Position numbers and translations under genes: made by a program. The notes under the pieces were generated by a model. It was not told the origin of the DNA. It worked only from the letters and a program-made list of their open reading frames with translations, and did no database searches. Of a DNA stretch of 64,000 nt, positions 20,070-30,322 are shown piece by piece. Each line of letters begins with the position of its first letter. Positions within the stretch are counted from its first letter, which is position 1. Origin of the DNA: an uncultured Bacilli bacterium (GTDB lineage Bacteria; Bacillota_I; Bacilli_A; RF39; UBA660); contig CANRCC010000002.1 of NCBI GenBank assembly GCA_947629025.1, forward strand, positions 5,041 through 69,040, written 5' to 3'.

Positions 20070-21110
20070 TTAATTATTCATATTATTTTCCAATAATGAA
20101 TCAAAATTTTTCCCGGATAATTTTTTAAAATTTACTTTAAGTTGATTATATTCTTCTTCCCATGATAAATAGTTTTTATCTTTTCTATGATCTGGTAATT
20201 CATAATTTTTACTTAAATAATCAGAAAAATACAGAGTAAACTTGGTTGCACCATATACATTTAAGTGAGCAAAATCTAAAAAATCTTTAGAATAATCAAC
20301 ATCAAAATCGTTAACCAAATTAAAATTCAATACATTATATTTATTATCTTCAATAATTGAAATTGCATCATTTATTTTTTTATTTTCTTCTAATTTATAT
20401 AATCTTTTTGGTACTATGAACAATACATTTAAATTTTCTTTTTTTATATAATTAAGTAATTTCTGAAGTACTATTTTATTTTCTTCAGGTAATTCTATTA
20501 TATCATTTGAATAGTCACTCTTTATTTGTTTTTGTCTAACAAGATTATCATATGACATTTTGTAACCCTTGTAATAACTTTTATCTAATCCTAAATTAAA
20601 CGAAATTACCCATGGTTGTTTCCAAATATCATGATATAAAAATTGACTAAAATAATAATTTATATAATCTTCTTTTTTTATGTTTGAATAGTTTAAATGA
20701 GCATTTATTGCATCAAGCTTATTTTTTGAAAATTTCATAGTATCTGTAACTTTTCTTATTGCTCCTTCTTCTATTTTTGAATATGAATCTGCAACCCTAG
20801 ATATATCTATGATATATAAATTAGGTGTTTGTCTTTTTTCTGATTCTTTTATTAAATATTGAACAGCAATAAAAGGTTGTGCACTAGAAGATAGACATCC
20901 AGTTGTAAAACCATATTTATTATAAGCGAGTACAGTATTAAAATGTGAATGAACATTGCTACCACCTATATAAATAACATCTAAAGAATCTTTTGGTTCA
21001 TCGTAAAAATATGATATAGGATTTTTTTCTATCCATAATATTTTAAAAACAAAACAATATAAAATTATAAAAATAATTATAAAAATAATAAATTTGAAAA
21101 AATTTTTCAA
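20070..21110 (-). CDS. membrane-anchored SGNH-like acyl transfer protein (PatB/AlgJ/DltD-like)
   Basis: N-terminal TM, IYIGGSN block I, DFAHLN (DxxH); next to an MBOAT. Confidence 0.75.
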   Translation of the reverse strand: MKNFFKFIIFIIIFIILYCFVFKILWIEKNPISYFYDEPKDSLDVIYIGGSNVHSHFNTVLAYNKYGFTTGCLSSSAQPFIAVQYLIKESEKRQTPNLYIIDISRVADSYSKIEEGAIRKVTDTMKFSKNKLDAINAHLNYSNIKKEDYINYYFSQFLYHDIWKQPWVISFNLGLDKSYYKGYKMSYDNLVRQKQIKSDYSNDIIELPEENKIVLQKLLNYIKKENLNVLFIVPKRLYKLEENKKINDAISIIEDNKYNVLNFNLVNDFDVDYSKDFLDFAHLNVYGATKFTLYFSDYLSKNYELPDHRKDKNYLSWEEEYNQLKVNFKKLSGKNFDSLLENNMNN

Positions 21111-21122
21111 GATATCACCTTC

Positions 21123-22649
21123 TTAAAATTGTCTATATATAAATGTAGCTGGATCATAACCTGGACCATAACAACCAAAAATTATTATTAAAAATAATAT
21201 AGCATAAATAATAAACCAACGAACAACAATATTTTGTTTTAAAATTTTTTCCCTAACATTTCCCTTTTTTTCTAATACTTCTATTATAAATACTAGAAAT
21301 ATAGCAATTATGAAAATTAGAAATTCTAACATTCCACCCTTACTGGCTAAGTCGAACAATTTATTTCCAGTTGTTACATGATTTTTAAAAATACTCTTTA
21401 TTATTTGAATAGCATTAGAAACAGAACTAGCTCTAAAGAAAATCATTGAAAATGAAAATAAAAGATAAGTTCTTATATTCTGATATAATCTATATATAAA
21501 AGAATTAGTATTGATTTTTAATTTATTATTAATTTTTAATGCTACTGGTTGCAATATATCTTCAAGGAAAATATAGATAAATTGCAGTAATCCAGTACCA
21601 ATTATAAATGTATATGCACCTCCATGCCAAATACCTATCAAAATCCACATGATGAACATTGATAAATATAGAGGTATTTTCTTACCTATCTTCTTTCCAA
21701 ATATTTTTTTACATCTTACATTCAAAGATTGCATAAAATTAGACTTTAATAGTGGATAAAATATATAATCTTTAAGCCATGCTCCTAATGTTATATGCCA
21801 ATTTCTCCAAAATTCTGTTATAGTTTTTGAAAGTAGTGGTGATGTAAAGTTTTCTGGTAATTTTATTCCTATTATTTCTGATATTCCCATTATTATATCT
21901 ATTGAACCAGAAAAATTGGAATACAACTGTAAAGTAAATAACAATACTGCTATTAATATGTATATTCCACTATATGATGATAAATTTCCATAAATTGTAT
22001 CGACGATTACCGCAAATCGTTGCGAAATTACCATTATTTTAACAAATCCAAAGCATATTCTAAGTAATCCACTACAAAATGAATAGTAATTAAATTTATG
22101 ACCTTCATATAGATCATTTTTAGTATCATTATATCTAATAAAAGGACCAGAATTTAAAATTGGAAAATATGACATAAATAACATACATTTAAAAATATTT
22201 TTTTGTGCTTTGCATGTACCTCTTTTAATATCTACTAAATAACTAATCATTATTAAGGAATAATAGCTAATTCCTATGAGTGAATTTCTATAAACTAAAT
22301 TAAATGTATAATTAATATTAAATAAATTACAAAAATGATTTAATGTAGTTAAAAATAGATTAGTATATTTTAAATATAATAAAAGACACAAAATTATCCC
22401 AATTCCAAGCAAAAAAAATAAATTACCCTTTTTTGTAGTCTTATATTTATCTATTAAAAGACCAAAAATATATGATGACAAAAGAACTACTAAGGCCTGT
22501 ATTATAGTATATAATGAAAAATTATCATAAAACAAGAAAAAAATACTTGATATTAGTAAAACCATCCACTTAAATCTCTTAGGTGTAATAAAGTAAATTA
22601 CTATAACAATTATGCTAAATAATGCAAAAATTATTGACGTTAAACCCAT
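21123..22649 (-). CDS. MBOAT family O-acyltransferase (AlgI/DltB-like)
   Basis: GISYY, SGPFIRY, ENF.SP, EFWRNWHITLG.WLKDYIFYPL, IGIWHG; C-terminal FIYRQF. Confidence 0.95.
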   Translation of the reverse strand: MGLTSIIFALFSIIVIVIYFITPKRFKWMVLLISSIFFLFYDNFSLYTIIQALVVLLSSYIFGLLIDKYKTTKKGNLFFLLGIGIILCLLLYLKYTNLFLTTLNHFCNLFNINYTFNLVYRNSLIGISYYSLIMISYLVDIKRGTCKAQKNIFKCMLFMSYFPILNSGPFIRYNDTKNDLYEGHKFNYYSFCSGLLRICFGFVKIMVISQRFAVIVDTIYGNLSSYSGIYILIAVLLFTLQLYSNFSGSIDIIMGISEIIGIKLPENFTSPLLSKTITEFWRNWHITLGAWLKDYIFYPLLKSNFMQSLNVRCKKIFGKKIGKKIPLYLSMFIMWILIGIWHGGAYTFIIGTGLLQFIYIFLEDILQPVALKINNKLKINTNSFIYRLYQNIRTYLLFSFSMIFFRASSVSNAIQIIKSIFKNHVTTGNKLFDLASKGGMLEFLIFIIAIFLVFIIEVLEKKGNVREKILKQNIVVRWFIIYAILFLIIIFGCYGPGYDPATFIYRQF

Positions 22650-22687
22650 ATTACTTCTCCTTAACTTCATATATGACTAATAAACAA

Positions 22688-22712
22688 ATTCAGTATTTAG
22701 TAAAATACTGAA
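22688..22712. terminator. inverted repeat between SDR and MBOAT genes
   Basis: TTCAGTATTT...AAATACTGAA. Confidence 0.4.
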
Positions 22713-22752
22713 TAAAATTATAATATATAAAAATAAATTGGTCAAATATTTT

Positions 22753-23487
22753 TTAAATCAAATTTCCATTTGTAATAGCAATATTTTGTCCTGTAATACT
22801 ATTTGATTTGTCAGATAATAAAAATTCAAACATTGGTATTACATCTTCTATTTTTAAATTTTCTCCGGTTGTACTATTCATTGCATTTTGTTTTACAATT
22901 AATTCTGGAATATTTTCTAAAAATTTTGTTTCTATCATTGTTGGTGAAATTCCATTTATCCTAATTCCCTTATCAGAATATTCTGCAGATATTGCTTTAA
23001 CAAAACCCAATAAAGCATATTTTGAAGTTACATAACTAGCTAAATATTTTGGAGGAATATTTGTTGTGCATGATGTTAGCATCACAATAATTTTTCCAAA
23101 TTTATTTTTAGACATTATTGGTATAATTCCATTTAATATTATTACAAGTGAACGAAGTGCTATATTTATGTCTGTTTGAAATTTTTCCCAAGTAATTTTA
23201 TTGAATTTAATGTTTTCAAATTTTCCAGCTGGAAGATGTACAATATGTGTAGGAATCTTATTCATATTTTTGATTTCTTCTACAAATTTATAAGTATCTT
23301 CTTCATCTAAAAAGTTCCCTTTTAATAAAATTAGTTTATCTCCTATTTCATTTTTTAATTCTTGTAATTTACTATCGTCACCGATATGATGAGCAATAAT
23401 ATAATCATAATCTTTATAGATTTTTTTTATTAAATTTGTTCCTATATCACTTGATGCACCTGTCACTAATAATATTTTCTCATTCAT
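22753..23487 (-). CDS. short-chain dehydrogenase/reductase (FabG-like)
   Basis: LVTGASSDIG, YVTSK (YxxxK), NGISP, ITGQNI. Confidence 0.9.
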   Translation of the reverse strand: MNEKILLVTGASSDIGTNLIKKIYKDYDYIIAHHIGDDSKLQELKNEIGDKLILLKGNFLDEEDTYKFVEEIKNMNKIPTHIVHLPAGKFENIKFNKITWEKFQTDINIALRSLVIILNGIIPIMSKNKFGKIIVMLTSCTTNIPPKYLASYVTSKYALLGFVKAISAEYSDKGIRINGISPTMIETKFLENIPELIVKQNAMNSTTGENLKIEDVIPMFEFLLSDKSNSITGQNIAITNGNLI

Positions 23488-23902
23488 CTAGAACACCTAC
23501 TTTCATTGTTCCTCTTACTACTTTTTTATTTTCTTTGTTTAATATATCAAATTTTATTGTAAATTGTTTAAATAAATCATTTTTTTCTACAACTTCACCT
23601 CTAATAGTTAAAGGACTATCAGAGATAAAGACAGGTTTTTTATATAATATATCTACCTCATGAATCAAACTATACTTTCCAGGAAGATATACACCTGCTA
23701 ATGTAGATAAAAAGGATGACGTTAACATTCCATACACTACCTTTTCTTTAAAACCTTTAGATTTAGCATAAGCTAAATCAATATGTAATGGATTTATATC
23801 ACCTGTAATTTTACAAAAATCATCTACCATATTTTCAGTTAAATTAACATTAAATTGTTCAATCATCCCAATTTTAATATCTTCATATTTGTAATTATTC
23901 AT
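23480..23902 (-). CDS. MaoC/hot-dog acyl dehydratase
   Basis: FCKITGDINPLHID..YAK..GF...VVYGML...LAG..LPG. Confidence 0.92.
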   Translation of the reverse strand: MNNYKYEDIKIGMIEQFNVNLTENMVDDFCKITGDINPLHIDLAYAKSKGFKEKVVYGMLTSSFLSTLAGVYLPGKYSLIHEVDILYKKPVFISDSPLTIRGEVVEKNDLFKQFTIKFDILNKENKKVVRGTMKVGVLDE

Positions 23903-23940
23903 ATTGACCAATCACCTACATATAATAATATTTAACAAAG

Positions 23941-24180
23941 TTAAATTCTTGATTTAATTATATCAACCATTTCACCAACATTTTTCATTGTAGTAACCTC
24001 ATTCATATTAAATTTCATACCAAACTCTTGTTCAACAGCTACCACTAAATTGATATGTTCTAGACTATCCCAATCTTCTATATCATCTGATGTTGTGTTT
24101 TCATTAACAGTTATACTCTCATCATCAAACACATCTCTAAATACATTATTTAATCTTTCATATATTTCTTTATTTTCCAT
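23941..24180 (-). CDS. acyl carrier protein
   Basis: WDSLEHINL phosphopantetheine-attachment Ser; 79 aa, acidic. Confidence 0.93.
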   Translation of the reverse strand: MENKEIYERLNNVFRDVFDDESITVNENTTSDDIEDWDSLEHINLVVAVEQEFGMKFNMNEVTTMKNVGEMVDIIKSRI

Positions 24181-25961
24181 TATTCACTCACCTCTATAAC
24201 ATTATTTTTATTTATATATTCTTTTGATATATCTAATTTATATATTTTATTTCCTTTTTCATCACAAGAAATTTCTTCAAATCCCTGTAAATCATAGAAA
24301 TCACTAACCATTTTATTTTTCATTGTTGGATAATAATATCCATATATTTCTTTTATATTCTTTTCTTTAGCTTTTTTGACTAACATATCCATCATTGCAA
24401 ATTCCATATTTCTTTTTAAGACTCTGCAACTCATAATCCATAAATCTATGTGCAATTCATTTTTGTTTTTTATATTTCCTATTACTACAGTGATGACACC
24501 ATTATCACCAAAAATATCTTCTAATTTACCATATAATTTTATATAATTATCATCTTTACTTACTTTTTCTATATCCGCTAATGAATATCTTTTTGTTGTA
24601 AGATTAAATTGATTACTTTTATTAGTTAACTGAGAAATTCTCTCTAAATAAATTGGTTTAAAGTTAGTTATTTCAGCTTTCATATTTAGTGACTTTAGAT
24701 AATCATCATAATCATCAAATGTTGCCATCATTTGACTTCTCTTAGCATTATCTTTATACATTTCACTTTTCTTTAAATCTTCTTTTGATAAATTAGTAAC
24801 TTCAAAATATCCATTTCTATCAATTATTCTTATATAATTTTCTGGAACATCTATTTCTGGAACTGCAATTCCATCAATATAACTTTCAACGATTTTACGT
24901 TCAGCAGGATTATCATCTATAAAAACGAAACTATCTGCTCCCAAATTTAATTCTTCTGATATATCTTTCATATTCATATTTTTTGGATTCCAATTAGCTT
25001 TAATTATAATAAAATCGTCAGGTTTTAAAGCCCCACCCGGATGATTTAAACCAGCAATTGCATTTTCATAATCATTTTTAGAATTAACATTTAATATAAT
25101 TCCTAGACTTTTTTGCTCCTTTAAATAATTTTGAAATTCATAATAAACTTGTCCACTAGGTACTTCTGGTCCTATTGATAAATTTTCTACACCATCATCA
25201 CCAACTATTCCACCCCATAATGTGTTATCTAAATCTAAAACAATTGCTTTTTTATTTTTACCATAAATAGACTTAATTATCTTCGCTATATTAAATGATA
25301 AATATGGTATAGCTGGAACTTCCATAGCATATTTATACATATGCCAGTAAAATCCACTTTCCCATTTATCTAATCCATAACAAGCAGAAACATAATTAAT
25401 ATCATTTATAAAGAAATTATTTGTCTTATTTTGATAATCATAAAACATCTGGTTAAGTCTTGTTATATAATTTATTTTTCCATGAATATCAGAAGCATCA
25501 CGATTTCCAAATAATCTATACGCTGGATACTCAAAATTGTTTTGAATTATTGTTGCATTATATTTTTTAAATAAACTTTCCCATATTTTTTCAAATTTCA
25601 AATATTCATTATCTAATAATTTTGATATATCTTCATCACTATCATAAATAGTAGGATAATTTATTATATTTCTATTAGTCGTATGAATATATATAATATC
25701 TGGATTAAATTCATCTAATTCTTTGTTGTCAAATACAGCATCTTCATAAAATTTGTTATATTCAGATTCATAGAATGTTGGCTTTATTCCGTAATTTAAT
25801 AAAAATATTTCTAACATATTTTTAATTTCACTAGTTGTAGAACCACCTAATATTGCTATCTTTTTTTCTAACAAATTTTCTTTATTAAGTAATTCTCGTT
25901 TTATCTTCTTTTTATTTTTAATCAAATACTCAACATTAAAAGGATATTCTAACTCTTTCAT
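24180..25961 (-). CDS. FkbH-like HAD-IIIC phosphatase / glyceryl transferase
   Basis: KAIVLDLDNTLWGGIVGDDG, SKND, FIDDNPAER, KSNQFNLTT, MSCRVLKR (catalytic Cys). Confidence 0.93.
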   Translation of the reverse strand: MKELEYPFNVEYLIKNKKKIKRELLNKENLLEKKIAILGGSTTSEIKNMLEIFLLNYGIKPTFYESEYNKFYEDAVFDNKELDEFNPDIIYIHTTNRNIINYPTIYDSDEDISKLLDNEYLKFEKIWESLFKKYNATIIQNNFEYPAYRLFGNRDASDIHGKINYITRLNQMFYDYQNKTNNFFINDINYVSACYGLDKWESGFYWHMYKYAMEVPAIPYLSFNIAKIIKSIYGKNKKAIVLDLDNTLWGGIVGDDGVENLSIGPEVPSGQVYYEFQNYLKEQKSLGIILNVNSKNDYENAIAGLNHPGGALKPDDFIIIKANWNPKNMNMKDISEELNLGADSFVFIDDNPAERKIVESYIDGIAVPEIDVPENYIRIIDRNGYFEVTNLSKEDLKKSEMYKDNAKRSQMMATFDDYDDYLKSLNMKAEITNFKPIYLERISQLTNKSNQFNLTTKRYSLADIEKVSKDDNYIKLYGKLEDIFGDNGVITVVIGNIKNKNELHIDLWIMSCRVLKRNMEFAMMDMLVKKAKEKNIKEIYGYYYPTMKNKMVSDFYDLQGFEEISCDEKGNKIYKLDISKEYINKNNVIEVSE

Positions 25962-26035
25962 ACTTTATCTCCTTCAATAAAATTATATCATTTATTTGTT
26001 TTTATTTCAATAAAATTATTGTATAATAAATCTAG

Positions 26036-26368
26036 GTGAAAAAAATGAATATTGGAATAGATATAGTTGAAAATAAAAGACTCAAAAATAAGAAAAAAGA
26101 ATTTATTGATTACGTTTTAACAAAAAAGGAACAAGATGAATTTAATAAAAAAGGATATTTATATCTTTGTGGTAGATTTGCAGTTAAAGAAGCAATTATG
26201 AAAGCACTACCAAACACAAAAGAATATAATTTTTTAGATTTTGAAATATTGACAAAGGATGATGGTAGTCCATACGTTGTAAAAAACGATAATATTAAAA
26301 TTTCAATATCACATGAAAAAAACTATACAGTAGCTACTGCACTATTATTATCAAAAAAACAGAAGTAA
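26036..26368 (+). CDS. acpS: holo-ACP synthase (4'-phosphopantetheinyl transferase)
   Basis: IGIDIVE, GRFAVKEA.MKAL, ISISHEKNY; divergent from the FkbH-ACP cassette. Confidence 0.92.
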   Translation: MKKMNIGIDIVENKRLKNKKKEFIDYVLTKKEQDEFNKKGYLYLCGRFAVKEAIMKALPNTKEYNFLDFEILTKDDGSPYVVKNDNIKISISHEKNYTVATALLLSKKQK

Positions 26369-26371
26369 AAT

Positions 26372-26925
26372 TTATACTTTATTATTAATATAAAATTTAG
26401 TAGCTTCTTCGTTATGTATAACCTTGGCTGGATTTCCTATTACTATAGAGTTATTTTCAACATCAAAATTAACATACGAATTTGGGGCTATTAGTACATT
26501 ATTCCCAATTTTTATGTTTCCAACAATAACTGCATTTGTACCTATCCAAACTTCATTTCCTATTTTTGGAGTACCAGCTTTTTTTCCTCTACTCTCCTGT
26601 CCTATCGTTACACCGGTTGCAATATTACAATTTTTTCCTATAGAAACATTTTCATTTATAATTATTCTTCCAAAATGTCCTATGTAAAAACCTTCACCAA
26701 TTTTTGTATTAATTCCAATTTGAAAATGATATTTATGTGAAAAAAATCGTAATTTAATTTTATATAAGATAATAAATATCTTTTTATTATTTTTAATATA
26801 GTATTGTAATTTTCTAAAATTTATAAAATATCTAACTTGGGGATAAAATATATTTTTAGAGATTACCCCCCCCTACAATATCTAAATAAATCTTTTTTTA
26901 TTATTTTTTTTAATTCATTTTTCAT
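26372..26925 (-). pseudogene. hexapeptide-repeat (serine acetyltransferase-like) O-acetyltransferase, frameshifted in a G8 tract (phase-variable candidate)
   Basis: AGGAG RBS + ATG 26925 gives MKNELKKIIKKDLFRYCRGG*. The shifted frame continues VISKN...TKIGEGFYIGHFGRIIINENVSIGKNCNIATGVTIGQ...PKIGNEVWIGTNAVIVGNIKIGNNVLIAPNSYVNFDV...IGNPAK to TAA at 26372. Confidence 0.85.
26866..26873 (-). repeat. G8 homopolymer tract
   Basis: CCCCCCCC on the + strand in a very AT-rich context, located at the frameshift. Confidence 0.9.
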
Positions 26926-26955
26926 TTTTTACTCCTTTTTTTATAATTCAATAAT

Positions 26956-28509
26956 TTATATTTTAGTTTTTTTCTTTTTCATCATTGTTTTAAATTTACA
27001 TATAATATTTTTTAACATATCCAAATAATAATTAAATTCTTCTTTATTATGAAAAATTAATACTACAATAATATTTGGAATTATTAATGTTAATAATACA
27101 TTAAATAAAATTTGAACTAAATCGTTTCTAAATACTATATTAATACTAGTAATATATGTTATAAAACAAGCAATTACTGTAGTAAATAAATATATATATA
27201 TATCTTTAAAATATTGAATATATTTTTTGTCAAATATTTTCTTATATACTATTTTAGGATAAGTATATATGTGTGTTATTAGATATGTCATGATTGTACC
27301 CATAAAAACACCTGCAAGACCAAATAATTTTAAAAATATAATTGAAAATGATATATTTACAACTGATTCAATAATTGGAACTATTCTATCTTCATAAAAT
27401 ATTCCTGCTGCCTCTTTAAAACTACTTATACATAATTTTGTTATATAAACATAATTATTGATTGTTAACGCTAATAATACATATTTTGATAAAATATATT
27501 GTTCTCCTACCCAAACTTTAATAAAACTTTCCATAACAACAAATATTCCTACTGAGGATATCATTGCTAACCAAAAATTCAAAAACTGCATTTTTTTATA
27601 TATATCATATACTTTGTCTTTGGACGAAGTTACTATCAAATTACCAACACTTGACTTGAATGAAGCAAAAATTTGACCGATTAATGTATTTAATGAATTA
27701 ATTATCATAAAATAATTTGAATATAAACCAACGTAATTAACTCCTAAAAAAGTAGATATTATTAAATTATCAGTCCCTGCAACTAAAAATACTCCTATTT
27801 TATGAATGAACAAACCTTTAACTTTTTTTATTATATTATTTACTAAATCTTTTTCTATTTTACAAACTTGTTTATCCATTAAATATGGATATTTCTTATT
27901 AGCAATAAATGTTAATATCAAATTTTCAAGTAATCTCATTAATATTTTAAAACTTAAATAAAGTAAGTAATTTTTTGAATTTAATAAAATAACTATTTGG
28001 ATTGAATTTAAAAATACTAGATAAAAAATATGTACTATATCTATTATATAATTTTTTTGATTTGCATATAAAATTGATCTCTTATATGTCAACAAATAAG
28101 AACAAACAATGTCTATCATAAATAACAAATAAATTATTATAATTATCTTATTAGATATTGTAGTTTTTCCAACTATTACTGTTAAGAAAGGTATAAGTAT
28201 TAAACTAAGTAAAAAAATTATTATAGCAATTGCTCTATAGCATTTTTTATAGAATTGCATTAATGACTTTATTTGTTCGTTGTCATTTTTTGCAACTGGT
28301 TTATACAAATTATATATTATGGCAGAACCAATACCAAGTTCAACTACAGAAAGCATTGAAAATATATTATTGAATAAACCATTTATTCCAAGATATTCAG
28401 TTCCTAAAGTTCGAACAAATATCGCTTGTGATATAAATCCCAAACCCATACTTAAAAAATGAACTATCAAAGCGCTTATCATATTTTTAAATGCATTATT
28501 TTTTCTCAC
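26956..28509 (-). CDS. wzx: polysaccharide flippase (Wzx/MOP family)
   Basis: About 12-14 TM; LG.EYLGINGLF.NI.SMLS..ELGIGSAI.Y.LYKP; within the polysaccharide locus. Confidence 0.88.
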   Translation of the reverse strand: MRKNNAFKNMISALIVHFLSMGLGFISQAIFVRTLGTEYLGINGLFNNIFSMLSVVELGIGSAIIYNLYKPVAKNDNEQIKSLMQFYKKCYRAIAIIIFLLSLILIPFLTVIVGKTTISNKIIIIIYLLFMIDIVCSYLLTYKRSILYANQKNYIIDIVHIFYLVFLNSIQIVILLNSKNYLLYLSFKILMRLLENLILTFIANKKYPYLMDKQVCKIEKDLVNNIIKKVKGLFIHKIGVFLVAGTDNLIISTFLGVNYVGLYSNYFMIINSLNTLIGQIFASFKSSVGNLIVTSSKDKVYDIYKKMQFLNFWLAMISSVGIFVVMESFIKVWVGEQYILSKYVLLALTINNYVYITKLCISSFKEAAGIFYEDRIVPIIESVVNISFSIIFLKLFGLAGVFMGTIMTYLITHIYTYPKIVYKKIFDKKYIQYFKDIYIYLFTTVIACFITYITSINIVFRNDLVQILFNVLLTLIIPNIIVVLIFHNKEEFNYYLDMLKNIICKFKTMMKKKKTKI

Positions 28510-29401
28510 TATTAATCTCTCCTAAATTACATATAATAGATTTATCATATTCATAATCTTCTACATCCATTTTACTAGTTTTTTCTGCTTCATTAACATA
28601 CTTACCATCTATAGGAATTTTTCTAGTTGCTTTTTGAAGATACCATTCATATTCAATATCTATATGACCTACATCTATTGCTTGATAACCAAGTTTTGCA
28701 AGATCTGCTGCCAAAACCGTTGCAGTTGGACCAATTGCCAATAGTATCAATTTATCTTTATCAATTTTTTTAGCTTCTTGTAAAATTTTTGTATATATAT
28801 CAAAAGCATTTATAGCGGGAACTAAAATTCTTTCTATATTTTTACAATTATCAAATAAATCATTACCAACACCCATTCTTGTTAGTTGACCTTCAATTAT
28901 AACAATATTTCTATCATTCCAAATTTCTTTAATTTTATCTAATCTTCCACGTGCATTTGTCTTATCTTTATATTCAATATACCATCTAGTAAAATTTGTA
29001 TCACCATATTCATAATTACTATCTATTAATTTTTTTATTTTTTTGCCATACCATCTAACAAAATTTTTCCAAAATCGTTTTGAACTTTTTGTATATTCAC
29101 TAACATTATTAAGACCTCTTGGTATACAAATAAGTAAATTATCATTTCTATTTTTTAGTGTCTTTAACAATTTTTCAGATAATTCTGTACTATTTTTTTG
29201 AAAAGAGTGTTGTTCTATATTTAATATCCATTTAAATTCACCATCACCAAACCTTGAAACAGATTTCTTTTCGCTTATTATTTTATCTATTGTATCATTT
29301 TCAGATAAAATATTAAATTTATTTTTTTTTGTAAAATTATAATAAAAATAATTATTATAAATATCTTTTATAAATTGTGGAATTTTATTCTTTATATTCA
29401 T
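28496..29401 (-). CDS. GT-D fold (DUF1792) glycosyltransferase
   Basis: SVSRFGDGEF, IIEG..TRMGVGNDLF, ALGPTATVLA-like AIGPTATVLA, QAIDVGHIDIEYEW. Confidence 0.9.
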   Translation of the reverse strand: MNIKNKIPQFIKDIYNNYFYYNFTKKNKFNILSENDTIDKIISEKKSVSRFGDGEFKWILNIEQHSFQKNSTELSEKLLKTLKNRNDNLLICIPRGLNNVSEYTKSSKRFWKNFVRWYGKKIKKLIDSNYEYGDTNFTRWYIEYKDKTNARGRLDKIKEIWNDRNIVIIEGQLTRMGVGNDLFDNCKNIERILVPAINAFDIYTKILQEAKKIDKDKLILLAIGPTATVLAADLAKLGYQAIDVGHIDIEYEWYLQKATRKIPIDGKYVNEAEKTSKMDVEDYEYDKSIICNLGEINSEKK

Positions 29402-30291
29402 AGTTCATTTCTCCCATTTAACCATTTAAAGTAAATTTTAGTAAATAAAAGTTTAAGAAAAGAAAGATATGATATTTTTGAAAATGGTTTTCTAATTAAA
29501 ATATTTTTATACTCTATATATGCTTTTTTCTTCATATTATTTATTAAATACAAAGATATCAATTGTTTACTAAAATTACATTCAACATCATCAATTTGTT
29601 TTTTTGAATCTAGTCTATCATAATTATTTCTACACCAATCGCGATAAACTAATATACCTCTAATATTGCTTAACTTTGTTCCACTAATCCCACTTTCACT
29701 ATTGTGCGAATTAAATATTACAAGTTTTTCTGGAACTTTAATTACATTGTACCCTTGAAGAAGAATTTTTAAGACAACTATTGAATCTTGCTTTGATGGT
29801 GAATCTTCAAAATAGTTTATTTCTTCAAAAACTTTTTTTGGAACTAACCAAAATGATGTTGGTGCAATACAACCAAGCATTTGTTGATATATTAAATTTT
29901 GATTATAATCAACACTTTTCTCATTGCAAAATACAAGTCCAATATTTTCCTTTTCATGTTGTTTATACAACTTATATTGTTTTTCTATTTTATCATTTGT
30001 ATATTCATCATCGTCATCCAAAAATGCAATAAATTTTCCCTTTGCTCTTTTTATTCCTTCATTTCTAGCAAGTGCACCACCAAGATTTTTTTTATTTTTT
30101 ATATAAATAATATTATTGTATTTTTTTACTATACTTTCTGTTTTTCTTCTCTCATCAACATTATCAGCATTATCATCTACAACTATTATTTCAATATTCT
30201 TATATGTTTGATTTATAATACTTTTAATAGCATTTTCTATAAGATTTGATCTCTTATACGTTGTTATAATAATTGTAATTAAATCATTCAA
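29398..30291 (-). CDS. glycosyltransferase family 2
   Basis: ITIIITTYKR, IIVVDD, ARNEG, AFLDDDD. Confidence 0.92.
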   Translation of the reverse strand: MNDLITIIITTYKRSNLIENAIKSIINQTYKNIEIIVVDDNADNVDERRKTESIVKKYNNIIYIKNKKNLGGALARNEGIKRAKGKFIAFLDDDDEYTNDKIEKQYKLYKQHEKENIGLVFCNEKSVDYNQNLIYQQMLGCIAPTSFWLVPKKVFEEINYFEDSPSKQDSIVVLKILLQGYNVIKVPEKLVIFNSHNSESGISGTKLSNIRGILVYRDWCRNNYDRLDSKKQIDDVECNFSKQLISLYLINNMKKKAYIEYKNILIRKPFSKISYLSFLKLLFTKIYFKWLNGRNEL

Positions 30292-30322
30292 ATTTCATCC
30301 CACCTTATTTTTTTCATTATAA

